Shown here piece by piece: positions 49,215 to 58,781 of a stretch of 64,000 nucleotides of DNA (within the stretch, counting starts at the first letter, position 1; every line of letters starts with the position of its first letter). A program made the position numbers and the translations under genes. Origin of the DNA: a virus; IMG/VR virus record IMGVR_UViG_3300032229_000588, positions 1 to 64,000 of that record, one strand, 5' to 3'. Under the pieces are notes generated by a model that did no database searches, was not told where the DNA came from, and saw only the letters and a list, made by a program, of their open reading frames with translations.

Positions 49215-49508
49215 ATGTCAAGTCAAATTACTGTAGATTTAAGTCAAACAGAACCAAACGCACTTACTGCGATTGCTGACCAAGAAAGAGCAAAATTAAT
49301 TCCTAAAAATGATTTTAACGCTGTTGGTAATGAATACTCATCAGTTAACCGTGACGCACTCGCTGACGGTGACTCAATGGGTAGAGGTACTGGTGCGTTC
49401 TTGGACGTTTATAACGTAAATGCTGGTACTATTGATGATATCATTGAAAGAAAAAATGATATCAAAATTAATAAATTTAACTCATCAAACGTATATCCTA
49501 ATTTCTAA
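49215..49508 (+). CDS. Hypothetical protein
   Basis: 97-aa ORF coupled to the next gene (TAATG). Confidence 0.65.
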   Translation: MSSQITVDLSQTEPNALTAIADQERAKLIPKNDFNAVGNEYSSVNRDALADGDSMGRGTGAFLDVYNVNAGTIDDIIERKNDIKINKFNSSNVYPNF

Positions 49509-49990
49509 TGAAACTAAAAGGGGCATTAAAAAGTTTAATTTGTGAAATCGCTTCTTTAGATAGTATTGTTGATGCTATAAAGAACAGACAAGTCGTAATC
49601 ATTTACTACGATGGTGATGAGCCAGGTGGTAGAGGTATTCGACAAATTGAACCTGTATGCTTAGGAGTTAGTAAAGCGGGAAATAAAGTTTTAAGAGCTT
49701 GGGATAGTGAGGGAGCGTCTCACACTGGTTATAAAGGGGAACAACCATTACCTGGGTGGAGATTATTTAGATTGGATAAAATACTATCAAACAAACCAAC
49801 TGGTGAGGTTTACAATGAACCTAAACCTGGTTATAATTTTAATGGAGATAAAAGTATGGTTAGTGTTATTATAAATGCAAAATTTGATAATAACCCTCAG
49901 ACACCTCAACCACCACAAGAACAACCAACAACACCAACAGAAGAACCAACTTCCGACATTAACCCACAAACACCTGAAGAAGAAATATAA
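49508..49990 (+). CDS. Stand-alone WYL-domain protein
   Basis: IVDAIKNRQVVIIYY...RQIEPVCLG...VLRAW...GWRLFRLDKI; no HTH domain. Confidence 0.8.
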   Translation: MKLKGALKSLICEIASLDSIVDAIKNRQVVIIYYDGDEPGGRGIRQIEPVCLGVSKAGNKVLRAWDSEGASHTGYKGEQPLPGWRLFRLDKILSNKPTGEVYNEPKPGYNFNGDKSMVSVIINAKFDNNPQTPQPPQEQPTTPTEEPTSDINPQTPEEEI

Positions 49991-49991
49991 T

Positions 49992-50630
49992 ATGGACAGA
50001 TTAATGGAAAAATTGGCTTTATCAAAAGCAATTATGGATAAGGCAGATGGAATTAAAAATTCAAATTCCATGAGCGGTGGATTACCACCAACATCATTAC
50101 AACAACTTAACTCGCCAGAAACATTTAATGTTCCTGCGGCAAAATATAATATTCCACAGGAATTCTTACAAGAGTCAGGCTCAGTCCAAGAACCATATCT
50201 TTCTAACGTTCCAAGAGAAAATACCAAGCCAGTTGGTGTACCAACCGTGGATGCAATTAAAAACTCTAAATTACCCGATGAAATTAAAAGGTTAATGATG
50301 GAACACCCAATTGCTCAACCACAACAACAAGTAACTTCAATCTCTGATGAACTTGTAGAAAAGGCAACTCGTTTAATGAAGAGAAATGACGGTAACTATA
50401 TCCCCGAATCCGCAAAGTCTAAACAACAACCACAACAACAGGTTCAACAAACTACAAACGGGATTGATTATAAATTAATCCAAAAAATGATTAATGAAGC
50501 GGTATCAAACGCTCTTAAAGAAAATGGATTGCTTGTTGAAAGTTCAGAAAAATCTAACGAAATTTTTAACTTTAAAGTAGGTAAACACATATTTGAAGGG
50601 AAGGTAACTAAAATCAAAAAATTGTCTTAA
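49992..50630 (+). CDS. Hypothetical protein
   Basis: Likely start is ATG 49992 (MDRLMEKL); contains IKNSKLPDEIKRLMMEHPI and INE/LKE/LVE motifs. Confidence 0.7.
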   Translation: MDRLMEKLALSKAIMDKADGIKNSNSMSGGLPPTSLQQLNSPETFNVPAAKYNIPQEFLQESGSVQEPYLSNVPRENTKPVGVPTVDAIKNSKLPDEIKRLMMEHPIAQPQQQVTSISDELVEKATRLMKRNDGNYIPESAKSKQQPQQQVQQTTNGIDYKLIQKMINEAVSNALKENGLLVESSEKSNEIFNFKVGKHIFEGKVTKIKKLS

Positions 50631-50681
50631 CGTATTTCTTTATTCGACAACAATTACTATATTTTAAGAAATATAATAATA

Positions 50682-51896
50682 ATGTCGAAAATTAAAATCT
50701 TAGTAGTACCATCCGATAGAACAGGAGTTGGTAAATTTAGGTCGGTAGACCCTCACGTCTTTTTACAGAATCTTTATGGTGATGATTTCCATGTGGACAT
50801 CGATTATGAGCCACCTTATGATGATATGTCATATTGGTCTCAATACCAAATTGTTGCTTGTCACAGAAGTATTGGTCCTGATTTTGAAAAGGCGAATGAA
50901 CTTATCAAAAAACTTACGGAAAACGGTATAATCACAATTGTCGATATTGACGATTATTGGATGCCAGGTAAAGAACACCCAATTCACGATATCATCAGAT
51001 TCAATAAGATTAACGAAAAAATTGTAGCGAATCTTAAAGTCGCGTCTTACGTAACAACTACAACTACGTTATTTGCAGATGAGATTAAAAAATTCAATAA
51101 GAATGTAGTTGTATTCCCAAATGCGATTAATCCACAAGAACCACAGTTCAACGAACCAACTTTAGAATCTGATAAAATTAGGGTTGGATGGTTAGGTGGT
51201 TCATCTCACTTACATGACTTACAGTTATTGGATTCACCATTAGGTAAAATAACTCACTTAAAAGACAAGTTACAATTTGTTTTATGTGGGTTCGATACTA
51301 GAGGGACTGTAACCGAAATTAACCAACAAACAGGTGAACACAAAAAAAGAGATATTCTTCCACACGAAACGGTATGGGCACAATACGAAAAGATATTTAC
51401 CCAAAACCATTTGTTAGTTTCTGAAGACTACAAAAAATATCTTCTTAAATACACTCAAGAAAAATATCCAAATGAACTTGACGAATCTTATGTAAGGGTT
51501 TGGACACAACCTGTAACATCTTACGCTAAGAATTATTCAAAGTTTGACGTATCTTTGGCTCCAATCAAAAATACAATGTTTAACCGAATGAAATCTCAGT
51601 TAAAGGTAATTGAAGCAGGCTTCTATAAAAAAGCTATTATCGCATCCGATTTAGGACCATATACAATAGATTTGAAACATTGTTTGAATCACGGTAACTT
51701 TGTTGATGGTAATGCGATGTTGGTCGATGAAAATCGAAACCACTCAGATTGGGCAAAGTATATCAAGAAATTAGTTGAAAATCCTAGTATGATAAAAGAC
51801 ATGGGTGAAAGATTGTATGAGACAGTAAAAGACACTTACGACTTAAATGTTGTTACAAAAAACAGAGCGGAATTTTATAAATCATTAATTAAATAA
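50682..51896 (+). CDS. GT-B (GT4-like) glycosyltransferase
   Basis: VDIDDYW, VFPNAI, RVGWLGGSSHLHDL, DVSLAP...FNRMKSQLKVIEAG, IIASDLGPY. Confidence 0.85.
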   Translation: MSKIKILVVPSDRTGVGKFRSVDPHVFLQNLYGDDFHVDIDYEPPYDDMSYWSQYQIVACHRSIGPDFEKANELIKKLTENGIITIVDIDDYWMPGKEHPIHDIIRFNKINEKIVANLKVASYVTTTTTLFADEIKKFNKNVVVFPNAINPQEPQFNEPTLESDKIRVGWLGGSSHLHDLQLLDSPLGKITHLKDKLQFVLCGFDTRGTVTEINQQTGEHKKRDILPHETVWAQYEKIFTQNHLLVSEDYKKYLLKYTQEKYPNELDESYVRVWTQPVTSYAKNYSKFDVSLAPIKNTMFNRMKSQLKVIEAGFYKKAIIASDLGPYTIDLKHCLNHGNFVDGNAMLVDENRNHSDWAKYIKKLVENPSMIKDMGERLYETVKDTYDLNVVTKNRAEFYKSLIK

Positions 51897-51898
51897 TC

Positions 51899-52354
51899 AT
51901 GGACTCAAAAAAAGGTAGGATAGGGTTTACCGCGGGTAACTTTGATTTATTACATCCAGGTTACATTTACACATTTGAATCAGCAAAAGAAAACTGTGAT
52001 TATTTTATAGTTTTCTTACAAAGAGACCCATCTTTAACAAGATTCACAAAATATAAACCTGTAGTTCCTCTATATGAACGATACAAAGTTTTAATGTCAA
52101 TAAAGTACATTGATGAGGTTGTTTGTTATGATGATGAGGATGACTTATTACGTCTTATTGAATTTTACAAACCTGACGTAAGAATTCTTGGTGATGACTA
52201 TATCGGTAAAAGATTTACTGGTGACCACCTACCAATTGATGTTGTCTACACTACTCGTGCTCACGGTTGGTCTACAACAAAAATCAAAGATTTAATTACA
52301 ATCCAAACTTTAAAACAAAATCCAGAAATCACTAATAATATAGAAAATGTTTAA
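51899..52354 (+). CDS. Cytidylyltransferase (TagD/RfaE-like)
   Basis: AGNFDLLHPGY, K.PVVPLYER, IDEVV, GDDY, RAHGWSTT. Confidence 0.85.
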   Translation: MDSKKGRIGFTAGNFDLLHPGYIYTFESAKENCDYFIVFLQRDPSLTRFTKYKPVVPLYERYKVLMSIKYIDEVVCYDDEDDLLRLIEFYKPDVRILGDDYIGKRFTGDHLPIDVVYTTRAHGWSTTKIKDLITIQTLKQNPEITNNIENV

Positions 52355-53048
52355 TATACCACTAACAAAAATTTTATTTTTAGACATCGAAACAGTTGGT
52401 GTCCAACCTGATTGGGATTCATTGGTAAAACATAATGAACCTCTCTCATTTCAATTTGAACATTACTTTGATTGGTTTCAAAAAAGGTTTCCTGAGGATG
52501 GTGCTGAAGGTGTTGGTCAAATGTTTGTCAATCGTTCAGCCTTAGTTCCTGAATTTGCAAGAATCGCATGTGTTAGTGTTGCCTTTGTAACAGAAAAGGG
52601 TGAAGTTAAAATGCAATCATTTAGTGACATTGATGAGAAAAAAATGTTATTAGAAGTCCAAAAACTTTTATATAGAGTTGGAGAACTTGGATTTTACTTA
52701 TGTGGTCATAATGTTAAAGGATTTGATATTCCGATGTTAGCAAAACGTATGATTATGAATGGTATTATGCCACCAAAGATTTTACCTGGTCATGATACAA
52801 AACCATGGGAAATCAAAGCTTTAGATACTAAAGAAGTTTGGCAATATGGTGGATACGGTTCCATCGCATCTCTTGAATTAATGTGTGTTTGTTTAGGTGT
52901 TGAATCATCTAAAACAATGGAAGTAACGGGTAATAAAGTACACGAAGCATTTTGGGTTAAGAAAGATATCGAAGGTATTGTAAAATATTGTGAGAAAGAT
53001 GTGTCGGTATTAATTGAGGTAATTAAAAAATTAATAGACTTAAAATAA
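52347..53048 (+). CDS. DnaQ-like 3'-5' exonuclease (PolB exo2 type)
   Basis: FLDIETV, GHNVKGFDIP, YCEKDV. Confidence 0.85.
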   Translation: MFNIPLTKILFLDIETVGVQPDWDSLVKHNEPLSFQFEHYFDWFQKRFPEDGAEGVGQMFVNRSALVPEFARIACVSVAFVTEKGEVKMQSFSDIDEKKMLLEVQKLLYRVGELGFYLCGHNVKGFDIPMLAKRMIMNGIMPPKILPGHDTKPWEIKALDTKEVWQYGGYGSIASLELMCVCLGVESSKTMEVTGNKVHEAFWVKKDIEGIVKYCEKDVSVLIEVIKKLIDLK

Positions 53049-53668
53049 TGGACAATTTAAATGATGTTGGGTTTGACCCAAAAGCTTACGACGAAATTTT
53101 AAAACAATTTGAAAAAATTAAATCTGAAGCAGGGATTGAACCTGATGAAGATTATCAAAAAGAACTTGAAGATTTATTAGGAATTGGATTTGATGAGTTG
53201 GAGGAAGAGATTTATCATAATGCAATGTCTAAAACAGTTCATGTAGAAACGACTCATCCTGATGCGGTTTTTCCAAAATATGCCTACCCATCAGATTCAG
53301 GATTTGATTTACATTCCACTGAAGATTTATCAGTTGGTCCATTCGGTCGAATCTTAGTTCCAACAGGTATTAAAATATCTTTCCCTGAAAACCACGAAAT
53401 TCAAGTTAGACCTAAAAGTGGGTTGGCAATTAAACAAGGATTAACCGTTCTTAACACACCAGGAACTGTTGACCAAGGATATACAGGTGAAATACAAGTA
53501 ATTGTTTTTAACACAAACAACTATACTGTAATGATACCAAAAGGTATGAAAATTGCTCAAGCGGTATTATGTCCCGTTATAAACGGAAAATACGTAAGAT
53601 TTGAGTCTGTTGAGTCTTTAGATGAAAAAGACAGAGGTGATAATGGTTTTGGTAGTACAGGAATATGA
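53048..53668 (+). CDS. dut: Trimeric dUTPase with acidic N-terminal extension
   Basis: SGFDL, RPKSGLA, NTPGTVDQGYTGEI, KIAQ, RGDNGFGSTG. Confidence 0.93.
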   Translation: MDNLNDVGFDPKAYDEILKQFEKIKSEAGIEPDEDYQKELEDLLGIGFDELEEEIYHNAMSKTVHVETTHPDAVFPKYAYPSDSGFDLHSTEDLSVGPFGRILVPTGIKISFPENHEIQVRPKSGLAIKQGLTVLNTPGTVDQGYTGEIQVIVFNTNNYTVMIPKGMKIAQAVLCPVINGKYVRFESVESLDEKDRGDNGFGSTGI

Positions 53669-53814
53669 GTACAAAAGAAAAATTAGAAAAGGAATTAAAT
53701 AAGGTTAAACAACAATTAGTGATGAAAGATGCTAATGATGGTTGGTGGAATCTTTACATGGAAGAACGGAAAAGTTTTTTAGAAAAATTAATTAAAGAAT
53801 TAGATAACAAATGA
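53665..53814 (+). CDS. Small hypothetical helical protein
   Basis: Not in the ORF track. 49 aa (MSTKEKLEKELNKVKQQLVMKDANDGWWNLYMEERKSFLEKLIKELDNK) with ATGA overlaps at both ends. Confidence 0.65.
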   Translation: MSTKEKLEKELNKVKQQLVMKDANDGWWNLYMEERKSFLEKLIKELDNK

Positions 53815-55451
53815 TTACAGTAGGATATTCAACAAGAGAACATAACCCCCAATTTATCGAGTACTTAAAGAAAAGTTCGGGGTTTAAAAAAATAGAAGTT
53901 ATTGAAAAGATTAATAACGGAGAAAAATCATTATCTGAGGTCTATAACGAAATTCTTGCAGAATCCACAACTGACATAGTTGTTCTTTGTCACGACGACA
54001 TTTATTTCGACACATCAAGTTGGTTTCACAAAATAAGAACTCACTTTGAAAAAAGTGATTTTGGTATCTTGGGTGTTGCGGGTACAACCAATATGTCTGA
54101 AACTGGTAGATGGTGGGAAACCAATCGTAGAAAAGACATGATTGGTATTGTTAATCATGAAAGTGGTGGAAAGAAATGGACTTCAAAATATTCTGAAGAC
54201 CACGGTAAGTCAATCAGACAAACAGTTATTGTTGATGGTTTATTCATCGCATTGAGTAAATCAAGAATCAAACACAATTTTGACGAAGAGTTTAAAGGGT
54301 TCCACTTTTACGACATTGCTTTTTGTTTTAAAAACCATTTAGAAGGTGTAAAAATTGGTGTAATCAGTAACATTAGAATCACTCACAAATCTATTGGTCA
54401 AACTAACGAACAGTGGGAAGAAAACAGAGAGTTTTTTGTTCAAAAATATAAAGACAACTTACCGTCAAAAATACCGTTTGACCCAAATAGAAGATTGAAG
54501 GTTTTATTATCTTGCATTTCATTTAGAAACTTTACAGGGTCTGAGTTGTATGTTTTTGAGTTAGCCAAATCATTACTTAAATTAAACTGCAGTGTTACCG
54601 TCCTTTCACAAATTGGCGGTCCTTTAACTGACATGGCTAAGAAACTTGGTATTAAATGTGTTTCATTTGAAAACGCACCAGGTTTTAAGATTGGAGATGG
54701 TCAATGGGGAATGAATACACCTGAAGGATTTAAACCTTCAGTTCAAAACATGTTGTATAGAATTTCTGAAGTTGATTACGATATCGTCCACATACAACAC
54801 AAACCAGTTGCCGAGAGAGTTTTAAGTATGTATCCTGAATTAGATAAGATTTGTACTATCCACTCTGAGGTAATGTCAAGAGATTTGGAAAATCCTGTTT
54901 TGGACCCAACAATTAAAAAATACATTGCAATCAGACCTGAAATTAAAGAACACATGATTAATAATTTTGAGGTTCCTGAAGAGATGATTGAGGTAATCTA
55001 TAATCCTGTAGATAATGAAAAGTTCAAATCAAAATCATTACCATCTGAAAACTATGTTTTGTTTGTTGGTACCATTGATTACCTAAGAAAAGAATCAATT
55101 TTGGATTTGATTGAATACACAAGAGAGATTGGAAAAGAGTTGTGGTTAGTAGGTGAAGACAATGGTAATTATTTACAAAATGTGTTACTTGAAAGTCATG
55201 TTAAGCATTTTCCAGCAACTTGGAATGTTGAAAATTACATTTCTAAATCATATGAAACCGCGGGTATCCAATTAGGTAGAACAACTATCGAAAGTTGGTT
55301 GTGTGGTAAACCAAGTTGGATTTATAAAGTTGATGCTGGTGGATTTATCCTTTCAAAAGAAAGACACGAACCACCAACTGATATTGAGAAGTATTATGCT
55401 ATGAACGTAGCTCAACAGATAAAAGACGAGTATCTTAAAATCCTATCATAA
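53811..55451 (+). CDS. Bifunctional glycosyltransferase (GT-A/GT2-like plus GT-B/GT4-like)
   Basis: N-domain SLSEVYN, VLCHDD, GVAG, VDGLF, GFHFYD, HKSIG; C-domain TGSELYVFELA, TIHSE, VIYNPVD, GRTTIES. Confidence 0.8.
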   Translation: MITVGYSTREHNPQFIEYLKKSSGFKKIEVIEKINNGEKSLSEVYNEILAESTTDIVVLCHDDIYFDTSSWFHKIRTHFEKSDFGILGVAGTTNMSETGRWWETNRRKDMIGIVNHESGGKKWTSKYSEDHGKSIRQTVIVDGLFIALSKSRIKHNFDEEFKGFHFYDIAFCFKNHLEGVKIGVISNIRITHKSIGQTNEQWEENREFFVQKYKDNLPSKIPFDPNRRLKVLLSCISFRNFTGSELYVFELAKSLLKLNCSVTVLSQIGGPLTDMAKKLGIKCVSFENAPGFKIGDGQWGMNTPEGFKPSVQNMLYRISEVDYDIVHIQHKPVAERVLSMYPELDKICTIHSEVMSRDLENPVLDPTIKKYIAIRPEIKEHMINNFEVPEEMIEVIYNPVDNEKFKSKSLPSENYVLFVGTIDYLRKESILDLIEYTREIGKELWLVGEDNGNYLQNVLLESHVKHFPATWNVENYISKSYETAGIQLGRTTIESWLCGKPSWIYKVDAGGFILSKERHEPPTDIEKYYAMNVAQQIKDEYLKILS

Positions 55452-56608
55452 TGAAAATTGGTATAGTCGATACCAACATTACTGGTCTATCTTTTGGTTT
55501 ATTATGTGAAAAAAATGGATACGAGGTTTTGTTCTCCAACAAGGACGAAAACTTCGTATTCAATTTAAACCAAAGAGTTTGTATTACAAACGAACCCCTA
55601 ATTCAAAGTTTATTATTTGATTGTCCAAAGTTTAGTGCAACCACAAGCGTATTAGATGTTATTAAAGAATCTGATATTGTTTTTGTCTTTTCTGAAACAC
55701 CAATAAATTTAGAGGGTAATTACGACACAACGGAAGTCTTCAACATCATCACAAACTTTTATAGTTTATCGTCTCAAGACGTAGTTCTGTATGAGAAGAA
55801 GTTGGTTATTTGTTCCACCACTAACCCTGGTGAAGTTGAACAAATTCAATCAAGACTAAACATGTTTAATGTTCAAGTCGCATATAACCCCATGTTTGTT
55901 GAAACGGGAGAGGTTGTAAAAAACCTACAAGAATCTGACATGGTTTTAATTGGTACAGAACACCAAGAATTATCAAACGAATTGATAAACATTCACACAA
56001 GAATAAAGAAGGTAACTATAAACGCTTACGTGATGTCATATAAAGCATCTGAAATTGTTAAAGTAGGTATTAACTCATTTTTGTGTTCAAAAATTAACCA
56101 AGCCAATATGATTGGTCAAATTGCAATTAAATCAGGTATCGAATCAGAAATCGGCATGATTTTAACTGCAATAGGTGGGGTTGATGGAATCGGTAAAAAA
56201 CATATGTCTTACGGATTTGGGTTTGGTGGTCCATCAATTAATAGTGATAATAAAGCAATCAAACACTATTCTGAAAGTATTGGAGTTGAAACTAACTTAC
56301 TAACATCAATTAATGAATTTAATAAATCACAATTAAAGTTCATTAAAGATTATTATATTCAACAAAATCCAACAGGTGAACAACCATTCGTTTTTAACTA
56401 TATAACGTATAAAAATAACGTTAATGTATTAGAAGAGTCCCAACCATTTCAATTATGTGTTGATTTATTAGACGATGGATATAACGTGAATGTTATTGAA
56501 AAACCTGAAATTATTTCACAATTAAATGATTTATCTGAAAAATATAACGGTAGATTAAGATTTTATAAACAAGGTACAAAACCTGAAGGAATACTAATTA
56601 AACTATAA
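55451..56608 (+). CDS. UDP-glucose/GDP-mannose dehydrogenase-like protein with degenerate catalytic motifs
   Basis: Family layout (NEP, STTNPG, AYNP, VLIG, SEIVK..N, YGFGFGG) is present, but IVDTNITG replaces GxGxxG and GGPSINSD replaces GGxCxPKD. Confidence 0.75.
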   Translation: MKIGIVDTNITGLSFGLLCEKNGYEVLFSNKDENFVFNLNQRVCITNEPLIQSLLFDCPKFSATTSVLDVIKESDIVFVFSETPINLEGNYDTTEVFNIITNFYSLSSQDVVLYEKKLVICSTTNPGEVEQIQSRLNMFNVQVAYNPMFVETGEVVKNLQESDMVLIGTEHQELSNELINIHTRIKKVTINAYVMSYKASEIVKVGINSFLCSKINQANMIGQIAIKSGIESEIGMILTAIGGVDGIGKKHMSYGFGFGGPSINSDNKAIKHYSESIGVETNLLTSINEFNKSQLKFIKDYYIQQNPTGEQPFVFNYITYKNNVNVLEESQPFQLCVDLLDDGYNVNVIEKPEIISQLNDLSEKYNGRLRFYKQGTKPEGILIKL

Positions 56609-57321
56609 TGGTAATACTAACAACAACATACAATTGCGAAAACTTTGTAGAGAAATCACTCGTGTCAATTATGACACAAAGATTCGGAGATTTCAAATGT
56701 TATATCACAGATGATTTATCTACTGATAATACGGTGGAGGTAATCAAAAAAACAATAAGTGGTGATGATAGATTTGTATTAATCGAAAATAAAACCAAAA
56801 TGTATCAACCAGGAAATTACGACCAAGTAATTCGTGGTTTAAACATTCCCGATGATGAAATATGTGTTGAGGTTGATGGTGACGATTGGTTACCAAACTC
56901 AAATGTTTTTGGTTTAATTAATGAAACTTATTCTGACCCTAATGTTTGGATGACAAGTGGTTCTTTCAAATACAGTAACGGAGCACAAGGATTTTCAACC
57001 GCCCCAACAAGTTTTAGTAATATAAGAAAACAAGGATTTACCCTATCTCATTTAAGGACTTGGAAGTCTTGGTTGTGGAAAAAAATCAAAGAAGAAGACT
57101 TAAAAGACTCAGATAATAACTATTGGAGTGTGGCGGGTGACTTAGCATTTATGTTCCCAATGTTTGAAATGTCAGGTGAAAAACACTATAGACATATACC
57201 AACAATAACTTACATTTACAACGAAACTAATCCTTTGAATGACCATAAAGTTAACATGCCTAAAGTAAATTCAACGGTTAGTATAATTAGAAATAAACAA
57301 CCATACGAATTATTATCATGA
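56608..57321 (+). CDS. GT2-family glycosyltransferase
   Basis: TTTYNCENFV, DDLSTD, VDGDDWL. Confidence 0.85.
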   Translation: MVILTTTYNCENFVEKSLVSIMTQRFGDFKCYITDDLSTDNTVEVIKKTISGDDRFVLIENKTKMYQPGNYDQVIRGLNIPDDEICVEVDGDDWLPNSNVFGLINETYSDPNVWMTSGSFKYSNGAQGFSTAPTSFSNIRKQGFTLSHLRTWKSWLWKKIKEEDLKDSDNNYWSVAGDLAFMFPMFEMSGEKHYRHIPTITYIYNETNPLNDHKVNMPKVNSTVSIIRNKQPYELLS

Positions 57322-57968
57322 GTTTTGATTCAAGCATTGAAAACAGAATTAAACATTATAATGAAACCAATCCAATTAAAAACATCCTACACATAGGTGC
57401 ATGTTTAGGTGAGGAAGTTTCATTTTACGAACAATTCAACCCAAATGTAGTTTATTGGTTCGAACCAAATCCAAAACTACTCACAAGATTAACAGAAAAT
57501 GTACAAGGTAAATCATTTACCAACATCGTGTTTCCATACGCGGTAAGTAATAAAAAAGGAACCGCCAATTTCAACATCATTGAAAATAGGGACGGTTCAA
57601 ATCCTGGATGTTCATCTCTTCAAGATTTAAAATTACATTCAGAATTATATCCCGATATTAAAAAAGTTGACACTTGTGTTGTAGAAACAATCAATGTTGA
57701 TGAATTCCTTTTGGAAAATAAACTTGAAACACAATTTGATTTAGTGAGTCTTGATACACAAGGTCACGATTTTGAAATTTTAACTTCAAGTGATTTTATA
57801 TTAAACGCTAAATTGATAGTTATTGAAACCGCATCAATTGAGTTATATGAAGGTCAACAAACTGATACTAAGATTGAAGAGTTCCTGATGACCAAAGGTT
57901 TCATTAAGGATTATTATCACGCCTTCCATAATGTTTGGGGTGATACTTTATTTGTAAAACAAGATTAA
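57318..57968 (+). CDS. FkbM-family methyltransferase
   Basis: LHIGACLGEE, FEPNP, LDTQGHDFEIL. Confidence 0.85.
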   Translation: MSFDSSIENRIKHYNETNPIKNILHIGACLGEEVSFYEQFNPNVVYWFEPNPKLLTRLTENVQGKSFTNIVFPYAVSNKKGTANFNIIENRDGSNPGCSSLQDLKLHSELYPDIKKVDTCVVETINVDEFLLENKLETQFDLVSLDTQGHDFEILTSSDFILNAKLIVIETASIELYEGQQTDTKIEEFLMTKGFIKDYYHAFHNVWGDTLFVKQD

Positions 57969-57969
57969 T

Positions 57970-58779
57970 ATGATTTCAGCACATTTGATGGGTGGTTTAG
58001 GTAATCAATTATTTGAAGCCGCTCATGCCCTAGCACAAGGATGGAAACATAATAGAGAAGTTAAATTTTTTCCTGATTCATGGACACCTGGTCAAGGACG
58101 AAATGCTAGAAATTATGTAGATAACGTTTTTAGAAATTTGGAGTTTTCGGAAAATTTAGAAGGGTTTACTCACGTATATGAGGGACCTTTTGAATATTCT
58201 GAAGTTCATCCATTAGATACCAATACATCTTTTCACGGATACTTTCAAAGTTCAAAAAATTGGTTTGGATATGATGACAAGATTAGAGACACTTTTGAAC
58301 CTTCAATTGAGTTTACTAAAAAGATGTATGAAAAATATCCCCAACTTTTAAAACCAAATACATTATCTCTTCACGTAAGACGAAGTGAATATCTTCAGTT
58401 TCCTGAGATTCACCCAACAATTACTTTAGAATATATTCAAGAGGCACTCAAACTTATTGGTGAGTATTCCACAGTATTTGTGTTCAGTGATGACCACGAT
58501 TTTGTAAAAGAAAACCTTAATTTCCCTGACGTAGTTTATGTAAATGAGACTGAAGACTGGGAAGAATTATGGTTAATGGGATTGTGTAATAACCACATCA
58601 TTTCAAATTCAACATTCTCTTGGTGGGGAGTGTTTTTAAATCAAGATAAAAATAAAAAAGTAGTCGCACCTTCAACTTGGTTTGGACCTAAAGGACCAAA
58701 TGCTAAAGATATTTACGAACCATATTGGTTAGTAGTTCCAACAAAGTGGGAAGAGGGTGGATTAATCAAACCAATATAA
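57970..58779 (+). CDS. GT11 alpha-1,2-fucosyltransferase-like
   Basis: GGLGNQLF, GYFQS, LHVRRSEY, VFSDD, IISNSTFSWWG. Confidence 0.9.
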   Translation: MISAHLMGGLGNQLFEAAHALAQGWKHNREVKFFPDSWTPGQGRNARNYVDNVFRNLEFSENLEGFTHVYEGPFEYSEVHPLDTNTSFHGYFQSSKNWFGYDDKIRDTFEPSIEFTKKMYEKYPQLLKPNTLSLHVRRSEYLQFPEIHPTITLEYIQEALKLIGEYSTVFVFSDDHDFVKENLNFPDVVYVNETEDWEELWLMGLCNNHIISNSTFSWWGVFLNQDKNKKVVAPSTWFGPKGPNAKDIYEPYWLVVPTKWEEGGLIKPI

Positions 58780-58781
58780 TC

